Source of the DNA: a virus
Direction: 5' to 3' (one strand)
DNA: 64,000 nucleotides
IMG/VR virus record: IMGVR_UViG_3300041407_000094
Coordinates: 1 to 64,000 of that record
Both the position numbers and the translations under genes were made by a program. The notes beneath the pieces were generated by a model. It saw only the letters and a list, made by a program, of their open reading frames with translations, ran no database searches and was not told the DNA's origin. Positions 52,703 through 63,119 of this stretch are shown in pieces; position 1 is the first letter of the stretch; every line of letters starts with the position of its first letter.

Positions 52703-53458
52703 TTGTGGACTCATATGAAGAAAGTAATCAAACCGTTAGACGAGGGTTCAATATACGAGACGATATACGGAGAGGGTTTCAAGGTTGTTTGGTATATAGG
52801 CAGGGATAAGATACTGATTGAATTCCTAGACGAAACAGCACACCTGCACTGGACATCAAAGTGCCAGATACTTAGAGGAGACTTTAGGAATCCTTATAGA
52901 AAAACAGTCTATGGTAGAGGATTCCTAGGTTTTGGTAAGTACAAAACTAAAGAGGGTAGGAAAGATACCTTAGAATATAAAACTTGGGCCGGTATATTTC
53001 GCAGATGTTATGAGCAGGACGATTGTGGTAATAATCTAGAGCCAACTTATCAAGGGTGTGAAGTTGATGAAAGATGGTATAATTTCCAAAACTTTGCATC
53101 TTGGTTCTGTAGTAGAAAACAATATGGAATGGGGTGGCACTTGGATAAGGATATTACTGTTTCGGGTAACAAGGTATATGGTCCAGATACTTGTACAATG
53201 TTACCTGTACAACTTAATGCCTTGATTGTTGGGGAAAGATTAAAGTCTAGAGAGTTACCTGTAGGAGTATACAAGGATCGTTATGGATATAAGGCGGGAA
53301 CTGGTAAAGTATATGCCGGATTTTATAGAAATGTAGAAGAAGCACACCAAGCGTATAAAGTTAGAAAAGGAGAGTACATAAGGGAGGTTGCTGAAGGTTT
53401 TAAAGAATTTCTTGATGCAGAAACGTTTGACAAACTAATGAACTTTGAAGTTAAATAA
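52703..53458 (+). CDS. HNH homing endonuclease, paralogue of 33476
   Basis: VYGRGFLG, RRCY, LDKDI...GNKVYGPDTC. Confidence 0.88.
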   Translation: MWTHMKKVIKPLDEGSIYETIYGEGFKVVWYIGRDKILIEFLDETAHLHWTSKCQILRGDFRNPYRKTVYGRGFLGFGKYKTKEGRKDTLEYKTWAGIFRRCYEQDDCGNNLEPTYQGCEVDERWYNFQNFASWFCSRKQYGMGWHLDKDITVSGNKVYGPDTCTMLPVQLNALIVGERLKSRELPVGVYKDRYGYKAGTGKVYAGFYRNVEEAHQAYKVRKGEYIREVAEGFKEFLDAETFDKLMNFEVK

Positions 53459-53471
53459 CTGGAGAAATAAA

Positions 53472-54114
53472 ATGCAAACCAAATTTGAATACCTGATCAC
53501 AGATTACAAGAATCTTTTTGCAGTATGTAGCACAAGGGAAGAATCGAGAAAAGAATTGCGCGAGATTAAAGCATTGGGTTACAAAGATGCTAAGATTGTT
53601 CGCGAAGAGTTTGTAAAGATTTCGGAAAAGGTTGTTCGGTAATGGGCAGCGTAACATTAAAAGATTCTGTAGAAAAAGTTGGTGATGCATCAATTTCCAC
53701 TGTAGAATATGTCTTCTCAGATATTCAGGACTTTCTGCTTTGGGAGTCAAGTAAACGAGATGCTATGAATCAGGCTGTAAAGAGCTTTGTTGATAGTCAG
53801 TTGTTTGGTGGATATGAAGAGCCTGTCGAAGAAACGGCTGTAGTGGATATTAATGTTAAAAAGAAAGAAACTAAACACTAATTAAGGAGAAGTAAATGAA
53901 AGTTGCATTTTTCGGTATCGTTGTTGTAATTGCTGCAATCTTGATGGCTCTAGCAGTTGTCTCGGGTATTGGTTATGGTCTATACTTGTTGGGTGTTGTT
54001 GGCCTGACATTTGGTCCAGCGGCTTGGGCAGGATTTGTACTGTGGGCTAAGATGTTTGGCGGCGGGTTTGTGTTGTACATCGCCGGCATTCTTGGTGTTA
54101 CACTTAGTAAGTAA
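53472..54114 (+). other. Three small ORFs (53472, 53642, 53896 [two-TM membrane protein])
   Basis: RBSs; hydrophobicity of the third. Confidence 0.65.
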
Positions 54115-54210
54115 AAAGAATTTACGGAAACGTAGATATCGATTCGTAAGAATCAATCCCTCACAATATTGTGAACTAAATAAATACACACCAAATAGAG
54201 AAAATTAAAT

Positions 54211-54936
54211 ATGACTGCTTCTGTAATTGTAAAGCAACTTCCTAAGTCTGGCACTTTGGAAACTTTTAATGTATACGTGCTGAATGCTCCAGTGTTCTAT
54301 GCAGCGGTACACACTCCCAAGAGCAAATATCAGAGTACCGATAAAGAGTTCAGTCTGACAGCGTTTGTGGACGAGGCAACTAAAGACAAACTGCTGGACG
54401 AAGTGATGTTGAACAAAGGTTTTGCACTTGTAGGTAAGGACAAGACAACTAAGCCGCCACGTCGGATTAAATATCCTTTGTCCAAGGACGTTGAGGAAGG
54501 TAAGACCAACTATGATGTAGTGGAAGGTATGTACGGCTTTGGTCTTGCAAAGCCTGAGTTCAGCAAGAAAGGCAACCCGATGACTGTCAATGTTATTGAC
54601 AAAGAAGGTCAAGCGTTTACTCAGGACATTGGGAATGGCTCAGTTTGTACTTTGAAATTGTTCGGCTATCGTAATCCTGAAGGTCAACTCACTGTTACAT
54701 TGGACACTGTACAAGTAGTAGAACACATTCCTTATGAGGGTCGTACTTCCTCGGATGAAGTTGTTGATGATGTGATGGGTAGCTACAAGGTGAAGAAAGC
54801 TGAGGCTAAACCTGCTGAAGAGGAAACTCCTGCACCGAAAGCCAAGGCTGCTCCACAACCAGTACCGGACTTTGCAGCGCTCGACGATGACATTCCATTC
54901 ATGCGTATCAGTGATCGTCTGTTGATGATTATCTAA
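54211..54936 (+). CDS. Single-stranded DNA-binding protein (T7 gp2.5-like)
   Basis: IGNGS motif, VQVVE, flexible linker and DDDIPF acidic tip; in the replication module. Confidence 0.8.
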   Translation: MTASVIVKQLPKSGTLETFNVYVLNAPVFYAAVHTPKSKYQSTDKEFSLTAFVDEATKDKLLDEVMLNKGFALVGKDKTTKPPRRIKYPLSKDVEEGKTNYDVVEGMYGFGLAKPEFSKKGNPMTVNVIDKEGQAFTQDIGNGSVCTLKLFGYRNPEGQLTVTLDTVQVVEHIPYEGRTSSDEVVDDVMGSYKVKKAEAKPAEEETPAPKAKAAPQPVPDFAALDDDIPFMRISDRLLMII

Positions 54937-54997
54937 AGGAATTTAAGAGCAAGGATGCTCAACCATTTAAACAAATTAATTGCTAGGAGATTTAAAT

Positions 54998-55246
54998 ATG
55001 AAAGAACGTCAATCGCTGTACAGCCGTGCATATCAACTGGCTCAAGAAGCTATCACCAATAAAGAAGACATGAAAGAACTGGCGGGGGAATTTACTTACG
55101 ACAAAGAATACAACACCGATGGTTTTGATAAAGTTGAAGTGAAGAATATTGTTAAAGCAGCCCAAGCAAAAGCGAAGCAAGATAATCTTGCAGAGAAGGT
55201 TGAAGAGCTGAATAAGCTGCAACAGATTCAAGAAGCTTATAGCTGA
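54998..55246 (+). CDS. Small dsDNA-binding protein (T4 DsbA/GapR-like)
   Basis: EDMKEL...GFDKVEVKNIVK pattern; helical 82 aa. Confidence 0.5.
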   Translation: MKERQSLYSRAYQLAQEAITNKEDMKELAGEFTYDKEYNTDGFDKVEVKNIVKAAQAKAKQDNLAEKVEELNKLQQIQEAYS

Positions 55247-55261
55247 GTAGTTAATTCAAAT

Positions 55262-55286
55262 AGCCGGTGAAATATCCGGCTTTCTT
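55262..55286 (+). terminator. Intrinsic terminator
   Basis: AGCCGG-loop-CCGGCT-TTCTT. Confidence 0.6.
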
Positions 55287-55302
55287 GTAAGAGGAGAATT
55301 AA

Positions 55303-55605
55303 ATGAATAATCTTTATAGTTTCTATGTTGATTGCGGTCGTCAAGGTAGTTTGGATGGTTTGTTCATCGCTACACAAGAACAAGTAGATAAAGCTATTGG
55401 TTGCGAGATGTACTTTGGCGAAGTTCTTGGTAAACACTCTGATGTACAAGGCACTCTTGAAGCTCATGAGATTAAGTTGGTTTCAAGTGACCAAGACAAA
55501 GTTGAGTGGCTTCTTGAACTTCTTGGTGAAAATGTAAGCGGTTTTAATCCTCTTGACTACATTCAAGAATCTGATGAAGAAGAGGAATATGAGGATGACG
55601 AGTAA
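55303..55605 (+). CDS. Conserved acidic hypothetical protein
   Basis: DCGRQG.L.GLF, YFGEVLGKHS. Confidence 0.7.
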   Translation: MNNLYSFYVDCGRQGSLDGLFIATQEQVDKAIGCEMYFGEVLGKHSDVQGTLEAHEIKLVSSDQDKVEWLLELLGENVSGFNPLDYIQESDEEEEYEDDE

Positions 55606-56677
55606 ACAATACACCGCTATAGTAGACATCGACACTCTCATAATCCACGCTGCCCTTGCTGGACAAGAAACATCTGTAATTGTCACACACAAAGAAACTA
55701 ATTGGAGTAAGACTTTCAAGAATCAAACTGAATTCTTTGGTCACTTCAAAAAGAAAGAAGGGGGATGGCTTGCAGAAGTAAATGCAAAGAAAATTGAGAA
55801 AGGTCTTGAGCCTGTATCAGCGGATGCATTTGAAATTACTCCCGTTGTTGTAAAGATTGCTGATCAGTACACAGATGAAGGCGATGTAATTACTGCTGAG
55901 ACTGTTGTGAAAGGTCGATTCAAGAATAAGATCGAAGCTATTACTTCTCAAGCTTGGTGCAAAGACTTTAAGATTTGCTTTGGTACTGGTAAGAACTTCC
56001 GATACGATATTGCACAGACTCAACCTTATAAAAATGAACGTCCTGTAAAACCTTTGTTGTATGAAACTGTCAAAGAGTATATGCTTTGGAAATACAAAGA
56101 CAAAATGCTTATTGTTGACGGCGTTGAGACGGATGAGATTGTAACCCAAGAAGTTTGGAAAGCTTGGATCAAAGCAAAACGTAAACATGAGAACTTAGAT
56201 GCTGTGGCTTGTTACATTGACAAGGACATTTCGCAGTTCCCATGTCTTTGGTATAACTTCGATAAGCCTGAACTTGGTTTAGTGAAAATTGATGCACTTG
56301 AGGCCGTAAAGAACTTGGCTGTTCAGCATCTCAAGGGTGACACAATCGATTCGATTCCCGGTCTCCCGGCATTACCAGAAGATATGTATAAGCAGTATTC
56401 TCTGCGTAAAACTAAGGGTATTGGGGAGACTACGGCAAGAGGGCTGCTAGCGGACGCTAGCTCTCCTAAAGAGGTTTTTGAGCGGGTAGCCGCCGCATAC
56501 AAAGGGTATTACGGAGAGGAAAAACAACCATTCACTTCGTTCCGTGGTGATGAGTCTGAAAGGGATTGGTTGGATCATCTGAATGAGCAATTTAGACTTC
56601 TTAGGATGCGAACTGATGTGACTAAAGACGTTGGGCATGTTAGAGACTTTCTAAAGGCAATGGAGATTGAAGTGTGA
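55595..56677 (+). CDS. 5'-3' exonuclease (T7 gp6/FEN-like)
   Basis: VDID, NFR, YKNER, ETDE, DKD, GDTIDSIPG, GIGE.TA. Confidence 0.88.
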   Translation: MTSKQYTAIVDIDTLIIHAALAGQETSVIVTHKETNWSKTFKNQTEFFGHFKKKEGGWLAEVNAKKIEKGLEPVSADAFEITPVVVKIADQYTDEGDVITAETVVKGRFKNKIEAITSQAWCKDFKICFGTGKNFRYDIAQTQPYKNERPVKPLLYETVKEYMLWKYKDKMLIVDGVETDEIVTQEVWKAWIKAKRKHENLDAVACYIDKDISQFPCLWYNFDKPELGLVKIDALEAVKNLAVQHLKGDTIDSIPGLPALPEDMYKQYSLRKTKGIGETTARGLLADASSPKEVFERVAAAYKGYYGEEKQPFTSFRGDESERDWLDHLNEQFRLLRMRTDVTKDVGHVRDFLKAMEIEV

Positions 56678-57213
56678 AAGAACCTTGGAAACAATCTCCA
56701 GATGTGTGGCCTACAAAGTCAAGCTTTTTCACATGGCTTAGGGGAGCACTCAGAAAGTCTATCTGGCAGTTTTACCCACCAAAGATGCAGTTTAAGAATG
56801 AAGGATGCTCTAAACCACCAGAAGACTACAAAGGGCGTGCAAAGTCTGGAGCCTACTGTGAGCTGACAGGAGAGTGGACAGGGAAGTCATTGCTGGAAGT
56901 GGACCATAAGATTGGTAACGTAAAGTTCACCGAGTGGGAAGATGTACTTCCATTCATTCTTCACTTATGTTGTGATAAAGATGAAATGGCCTTGGTGAAT
57001 AAGGAAGCGCATAAGGTGAAATCTTACGCTGAGAGGATGGGGATCAGTTTCGAGGACGCACTCATCCAGAAAGAGATTATTTCTATCTGTAAGGCAAAGA
57101 AAGATATTGCATGGCTGAAAGAACGTGGTATAGTGCCAGCAAGCAACGCCAAGAAAAGGCGTCAACAAATTGAGGAGGAAATGAAGAATGCTGATATTTC
57201 ACTTCAAACCTGA
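56674..57213 (+). CDS. HNH-like endonuclease of the recombination module
   Basis: WLRGALR, CELTG, EVDH, HKVKS. Confidence 0.7.
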   Translation: MKEPWKQSPDVWPTKSSFFTWLRGALRKSIWQFYPPKMQFKNEGCSKPPEDYKGRAKSGAYCELTGEWTGKSLLEVDHKIGNVKFTEWEDVLPFILHLCCDKDEMALVNKEAHKVKSYAERMGISFEDALIQKEIISICKAKKDIAWLKERGIVPASNAKKRRQQIEEEMKNADISLQT

Positions 57214-57287
57214 AAACATGCTTGAACTCAACAAAGAAGATAACCGAAAGAAATTAATGGATACTCTCAGGAAGTTTCAAGAAGCTG

Positions 57288-58476
57288 ATGAGGAGCTTGA
57301 GAGGATCTGTAGAGAACTTGGCATTGATAAACCTGAAATGGTTTGTAGGAGTATGGAAATTGACTGAACCAAAACCAAATAAAACCTACATTATCCAACA
57401 CAAAGAAACAAAAGAGTTGTTCATTGCACGGTCTGGCAAGTCCTCTTGGAAACAGCCTGGACATGCCAAGAATGCTTGGAATCAAAGCTTCTATTCATCC
57501 AAACAAGTAGAGGCTCTTGGGATGAATATGATAGCTGATGCCAGTCGTTATAATCCTGAACGTACTCGTGTTCCGCTATTCTCAGAGCAAGATAACTTTG
57601 AAGTGGTAGAACTTAAACACGAAGCTCATAGTAAACTTGACGAGGCTGTTAATCTTCTTCGATCTGTCCTAGGTCGTTGTGATTATCAAGTACATAATGA
57701 AATCGTTAAATTTTTGGAGAGTGTAGAATGACTGACAAAACTAAGATGTCCAACCTTGAATCCTATCAGGAATTAACTATTCAAATTTCTACGCTAAATC
57801 TAAAGCTTGATAAAATTCTAAGTTTGTTGAATAAGCCACAAGAAGAATATGTAATCAACCAACTAGTAACCCACACACACTTGGACGCTCGTGACCCTGA
57901 GATTACAAGGGTGGTTAACAAAGCTATTGCTCAGCTTTCTGACAACGAAAACTTTGAGGATTCTTTTAAATGATTAAAGATTATTGGACAGCAATCTTCT
58001 GGTGTGAATTTGTCCAGTTTAGTGTTTATTTCAATGTGTGGTGCTCACAATTGGGGATATGATCCGGAGGATCTAGATATGTCAGTTATAGAGATGTTTC
58101 CAAAGAAACCAGACACAGATAAATCAGTTGATCACACTATCTCTAAGTTAGACTTCTGGCGCTGGCGGAATGAGATTATATCGAGGGATTTTCATACTTT
58201 CTCGATCTACCAAAAACAAGAGACGCTTGATACAATATTGAATATCAACAACCAGCTATATCAACTTATTTTAGAATTGAAGGGAGAGATTTAATGAACA
58301 TTACGTTCTTCACATTGGAGGATGCTTTAGACTGTGTATGTGATATTGACGGGAAAGTGTTCAGTTATCTAGATGGTGAGCCAGAGAATGCAATCTACAA
58401 CCTTTTGAGATTTTGTGGGCACACTGTTAATCGGGTTGAACTTACAGAAGAAGAATATGAGGAGAAGTTTCAGTGA
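57288..58476 (+). other. Small hypothetical ORFs
   Basis: Coupled ORFs; starts uncertain. Confidence 0.55.
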
Positions 58477-59399
58477 GTGAGTGGAATTGGAGAGATAAAG
58501 CACAACGACTAAAAGAACAAGGTTTGTCTAGTCGGGAAATTGGTAAAATTTTAGGTAAGGGGAAATCTACTATTAATGATTATCTATCTTTAGTGAAAAA
58601 GATGGCTGCAAATATTCCTCTAGAAACAAAAGGTCCAAAGATTCTATTTATCGATATTGAAACGAAGCCCATCCTTGCACATGTATGGCGACTATTTGAT
58701 CAGAACGTTGGATTGAACCAAATCCAAGAAGATTGGTCAATCTTGTCTTACTGTGCAAAATGGAAAGGGTCTGACGAAGTAATTTATGAAGACCTTCAAG
58801 GATCTGCTGATTTTGAAGATGATAGTAAACTTCTTGGTAATCTTTGGAAGTTGATGAATGAAGCCGATATTATTGTTGGTCAAAACAGTAAACGATTTGA
58901 TGTGAAGAAAATCAATGCGCGTTTGGTACTGAACGGCTACCCTAAGCCAAGTACATTCCGTCAGATTGACACACTCAACATTGCTAAAGCTCAGTTTGGT
59001 TTTACAAGTAATAAGCTTCAATACATGACAGATCAGCTTTGCACCAAGTATAAGAAACTTGAGCATGGCAAGTTTGCAGGCCACTTGCTTTGGTCAGAAT
59101 GTATGAAGAATAACCCAGAAGCTTGGGCTGAAATGAAACTGTATAATATCAATGATGTGTTGAGTCTAGAAGAACTCTACGACATTCTCAGTAGCTGGGA
59201 CAATACACTTCCTAACTTTGATGTCTATGTAGATGAAATTCTAGATATGTCTGTGTGGGAAGAAGATGGTTTCCATTACTCCAACGTGGGTAAATACAAA
59301 CGGTATCGCAATAAAGTTACTGGTGTTCAACGTAGGTCGCGTGTTAATCTATTAAACAAAGAAAAGCGTGATAGTTTGTTGTCTAATATTGCGGGGTAA
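58473..59399 (+). CDS. RNase H-like (DEDD) 3'-5' exonuclease with N-terminal HTH
   Basis: GLSSREIGKILGKGKSTI; IDIET, GQNSKRFD, IDTL, YNINDV. Confidence 0.85.
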   Translation: MSEWNWRDKAQRLKEQGLSSREIGKILGKGKSTINDYLSLVKKMAANIPLETKGPKILFIDIETKPILAHVWRLFDQNVGLNQIQEDWSILSYCAKWKGSDEVIYEDLQGSADFEDDSKLLGNLWKLMNEADIIVGQNSKRFDVKKINARLVLNGYPKPSTFRQIDTLNIAKAQFGFTSNKLQYMTDQLCTKYKKLEHGKFAGHLLWSECMKNNPEAWAEMKLYNINDVLSLEELYDILSSWDNTLPNFDVYVDEILDMSVWEEDGFHYSNVGKYKRYRNKVTGVQRRSRVNLLNKEKRDSLLSNIAG

Positions 59400-59403
59400 G
59401 TAA

Positions 59404-59718
59404 ATGAGCATTCACAACCGAGTACACGAAGCATATAAATACAAGCTACTAGCTGAATTTAAAGAAAACAAATATCTTCCACAAACCCCAGAAGGTCTGT
59501 TGGACTTCTTGTTTGACGATGACAGTGAATACCGTATTTACTATTACAGCGATCCGTGGGGTAGCAGTAAGCGTACTATTGGTACTCGTCTCAACACTAT
59601 TTGGATGATGCCTATTTGGGCTATATGTGCCCCATTCCTATGGTTGTTTACAGGTGAGACAGGAATTAATCAGCACAGTAAGCTTGGTAAGTGGATTGCT
59701 AAAGTAACGGGGCTTTAA
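59404..59718 (+). CDS. Hypothetical membrane protein
   Basis: Hydrophobic C-terminal segment. Confidence 0.65.
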   Translation: MSIHNRVHEAYKYKLLAEFKENKYLPQTPEGLLDFLFDDDSEYRIYYYSDPWGSSKRTIGTRLNTIWMMPIWAICAPFLWLFTGETGINQHSKLGKWIAKVTGL

Positions 59719-59767
59719 GTGGAAGACTACAAACTAAAGAACACTGTCAATCGCTTGGAGAATTCGG

Positions 59768-59796
59768 TTGACAGCTTGACTAAAGAAATCTATAAT
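59768..59796 (+). promoter_or_regulatory. Perfect-consensus sigma70 promoter
   Basis: TTGACA-17 bp-TATAAT upstream of the nucleotide-metabolism genes. Confidence 0.85.
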
Positions 59797-59854
59797 CTTA
59801 AACAATAGCAAGCAGATATGATTGAGCAGATTAAACGACTGAAGGGAGAGAAAG

Positions 59855-60328
59855 ATGATTGCAAATAGTAGGTTTACAGATGGTGACCGTGTAATCTCTG
59901 TAAGGGACACGTCAGATGTGCCGGAAGGCTTTATTGGCACTTTACAGCACGCTCAAGGCGTGTTTGATTATGAAGTGACAGATGATAAGGGTAAAATGGA
60001 GTTATTTAATGATGATGAACTTGAGTTGTTGAGTGTCAGCAGTAAAGTTCATATCCCAAACGGCCTAGATCGTGATGATATTACACCACAAGAGATTCAA
60101 GGTATTCACCAGTCAGCACTAGACAAACAAGTCAGTGGTAATCACTATAAAGATTGTGGTATTCAACCAATTGAGTATATTCACGCGAATAACCTTAGCT
60201 ATCTTGAAGGGAATGTGATTAAATACACAACTCGACACAGCAAGAAGAACGGGAAACAAGATATTCTTAAAGCTATTCATTACCTTGAACTAATCTTGGA
60301 AATGGAGTATAAAGGTGAAACAGAGTAA
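59855..60328 (+). CDS. DUF3310-domain protein
   Basis: QVSGNHY...IQPIEYI...GNVIKY..R..KKNG.QD..KA.HYL. Confidence 0.8.
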   Translation: MIANSRFTDGDRVISVRDTSDVPEGFIGTLQHAQGVFDYEVTDDKGKMELFNDDELELLSVSSKVHIPNGLDRDDITPQEIQGIHQSALDKQVSGNHYKDCGIQPIEYIHANNLSYLEGNVIKYTTRHSKKNGKQDILKAIHYLELILEMEYKGETE

Positions 60329-60533
60329 GCTTCAGTCTCTGACGGAGACACTGACAAATACTGGTGTAGGAATGGTAGGAAGTTGGTTACTAACAATGGC
60401 TTGCCTAATGTTCTTCACTACACCAGTTGGGATTGCAACATCGACCACCATTGCTTGCACTGTATGGTCGCTAGGAAGGGGTTATGTTGTAAGGCGTTAT
60501 TTTGATTCAAAGCTGCAAACACAAATTAATTAA
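60315..60533 (+). CDS. Small membrane protein
   Basis: QS..ET..N..VG; two TMs; RGY..RR.F. Confidence 0.7.
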   Translation: MKQSKLQSLTETLTNTGVGMVGSWLLTMACLMFFTTPVGIATSTTIACTVWSLGRGYVVRRYFDSKLQTQIN

Positions 60534-60541
60534 GGAGAGTT

Positions 60542-61030
60542 TTGGTGTCAAAGAAAGAATGTATAAAGTTTGGTTATGCAATCGGTAATCAACCTGCCAT
60601 GGGTGATCACTGGGAAGTTTGGAAACAAGTGAAAGCTCAGTCTAAACTTATCCTAGAAGAAGTGAATGAACTTGAGGATGCTTGTTCAGAGGAAGACCTT
60701 CTAGAAGTGCTGGACGCTGTAATGGACATCAAATACCTTAACACATATCTGGAACATCTGCTGGAAGCTTACGGCTGTAAGACAAAGCTTGCTTGGGAAA
60801 CAGTGTGCTCAAATAATGCACAGAAGATTACAACCAGCTACACCTACGCACAAAGCAGTAAAGAATACCTAGAGTCTCGTGAAGAGGGTGAATTCTATAT
60901 TGATGAAACTTTGTTTGAAGGTGAACGTCTATATACGGTAAAGCGCATGTCTGACAACAAAGTAATGAAGCTGAAGTCTCATGTACGTCCAGAACTTACC
61001 ACTTGTATTCCTGAAGAGTTTAAAGTATGA
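60542..61030 (+). CDS. MazG-like nucleotide pyrophosphohydrolase
   Basis: EEVNE...EVLDAVMD, NNAQK, NKVMK. Confidence 0.75.
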   Translation: MVSKKECIKFGYAIGNQPAMGDHWEVWKQVKAQSKLILEEVNELEDACSEEDLLEVLDAVMDIKYLNTYLEHLLEAYGCKTKLAWETVCSNNAQKITTSYTYAQSSKEYLESREEGEFYIDETLFEGERLYTVKRMSDNKVMKLKSHVRPELTTCIPEEFKV

Positions 61031-61198
61031 TTCACGCAAGCACTCAAACAGCTAGACCTAAAGCAGACTGGAAAGATTATGTCTTCAACAAAGAAGACTA
61101 CAGTAAAGTGGTAGCTTCGGGGATGTGTTGGGTGGTTTTTCCAGACTGGCCTACACCACAAGAGTTTGAAGAGTATTTGAATAATAAGGAGAAAGAAG

Positions 61199-61876
61199 TT
61201 GTTTGAATTTATCAAAGCGCAAGTAATCGGGGTAACAACACCGACTGTAGATTTCATCCCGACAGCAGAAGACCTTCCAGCCTTCTGCGCAAGGGTGAGT
61301 AACCCAGACAATCAAAAGAACTTTGATACAGCGGCAGGGCTTCTTAAATACTGCATGCGAGTTGGTCACTGGTCTGTATTTGATATGTCCAATATCGTTG
61401 TAGAGATTGAGGCTCCACGGGATATTGCAAGGCAAGTGTTGCGACATTCAAGTATTAAGTTTCAAGAATTCAGTCAGCGTTATGCAGTAGCCCAGAACTT
61501 TGTTATTCGTGAAGCTCGTCTACAAGACACAAAGAATCGTCAGAATAGTGTTGAGCTTGATAAGTTTAACGAAGAAGATTTTAACCTGATGCTTGCTTGG
61601 GAGAACAAGCAGCGAGAAGTGATTGAACTAGTTAAAAAGAATTATAACTGGGCACTAGATAACAATATCGCCAAAGAGTGTGCTCGTGTTATTCTTCCTG
61701 AAGGTAATACAATGAGCTACATGTATGCAAACGGTACAGTACGCCAGTGGATTACCTATCTGAAAGTTCGTGATGATCTAGGTGTTACACAGAAAGAACA
61801 CGTAGACCTTGCACGAAAGATTAAACCTGTTATCATTGAACACTTCCCGTTCCTTGAAGAGTTGATGGAGAAATAA
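61199..61876 (+). CDS. thyX: Flavin-dependent thymidylate synthase
   Basis: ARVSNP, HWSVF, RQVLRH....QEFSQRY, KECAR..LP, TQKEH. Confidence 0.93.
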   Translation: MFEFIKAQVIGVTTPTVDFIPTAEDLPAFCARVSNPDNQKNFDTAAGLLKYCMRVGHWSVFDMSNIVVEIEAPRDIARQVLRHSSIKFQEFSQRYAVAQNFVIREARLQDTKNRQNSVELDKFNEEDFNLMLAWENKQREVIELVKKNYNWALDNNIAKECARVILPEGNTMSYMYANGTVRQWITYLKVRDDLGVTQKEHVDLARKIKPVIIEHFPFLEELMEK

Positions 61877-61877
61877 A

Positions 61878-62437
61878 ATGATTAACGTAGATTACAAGTT
61901 CTCTGATTTCGTAAAAGAATATCAAAACCTATTAATGATTCGTTTGGGGATGAGTGTTAGTGAATCGTCACGTTACATTGTTGATGTTATAGAAGACATC
62001 GAGGCGGCAGTTATGCAAGACATTTCAGCATTTGAATTTTTCCAAGACGAACTTAAAGATGGGGTAGATGTATGAGTGGTATCGGACATGTGTTGAGCAT
62101 TAGTGATTTGCTTCTAATTGATAATTTCAAAGCTGCTTTTGGTAGTGATGATAAAGTGGCCCTTGAAAAGATTCTTTTTGATAACGGCATTGATGTAGAA
62201 GAGCCATACACACTTGAGTATTCTAAGCATCGTAATTTGCGTGGTAATATTGTAAGTTGTGAACGATTTGTAGGAATTGAAAGGTCTGATATTAGCTGGC
62301 TGAAGTCTGGGGCGAGTAGTTGGGAAAATATCGTAGCTAATTGTGATCTAGACCTACGCATTCAATTGATGAATATGGGCAAGAATTACAGCAATACGGC
62401 ACACATTGTGTCTGAGCTTGAACGACACGCTAATTAA
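61878..62437 (+). other. Two hypothetical ORFs (61878-62075, 62072-62437)
   Basis: Coupled, with RBSs. Confidence 0.65.
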
Positions 62438-62446
62438 GGAGTATTT

Positions 62447-63109
62447 GTGGGAAAGAAACTAGTTTATGGAGTAGGTATAAATGACTTAGGTTACCCTATA
62501 ACTAAGACAGAACAAGGTATTCGTGTATGGGAGTGTCCTTATTATAACAAGTGGATTGAGATGTTGAGGCGTGGATTCTCTGAAGCTGAGAAAGCAAGGC
62601 ATTCAACTTATAAAAATACAACCGTCTGTGATGAGTGGAGAACAGCAAGTGTGTTTAAAGCTTGGATGGAGCAACAAGACTGGAAAGGGTTGGACTTGGA
62701 TAAGGATATACTTTTAAAAGGTAATAATATTTATAGTCCAGAAACAACAGTATTTGTTCCATCCTATATCAACACCTTACTTGTAACGAGCAGCGCTATT
62801 AGAGGTAAGTGGCCTTTAGGAGTATCTTTTGTAAAACAGAATTTCTTAAAAGGTGTGAGTAAAGTATTTAGGGCATCTATTAAAGATAAGAGAAACCTTG
62901 AATGTATACAGAAGAATCTGGGACATTTTACAACACAAGATGAAGCTCATAGAACTTGGCAACAAGCTAAATATGAAGTATTCTTGCGGCGTCTAGATGA
63001 ATACTCAAAAGACCCTCAGTTCAATCAGAAAGCATATGATGCAATCAAGATTCGTGCAATTAATTTAAAACTAGACATAGCTCTAGGAAAAGAAACTTTT
63101 AATATCTAA
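62447..63109 (+). CDS. HNH homing endonuclease
   Basis: VYGVGIND, CPYY.KW..ML.R, LDKDIL.KGN.IYSPET. Confidence 0.88.
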   Translation: MGKKLVYGVGINDLGYPITKTEQGIRVWECPYYNKWIEMLRRGFSEAEKARHSTYKNTTVCDEWRTASVFKAWMEQQDWKGLDLDKDILLKGNNIYSPETTVFVPSYINTLLVTSSAIRGKWPLGVSFVKQNFLKGVSKVFRASIKDKRNLECIQKNLGHFTTQDEAHRTWQQAKYEVFLRRLDEYSKDPQFNQKAYDAIKIRAINLKLDIALGKETFNI

Positions 63110-63119
63110 GGAGTAACAA

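Noticed and set aside
59800-59812. Genome-wide TAG recoding
   Set aside because: Only one in-frame TAG noticed; long genes are intact under the standard code, some end in TAG, and there is no suppressor tRNA.
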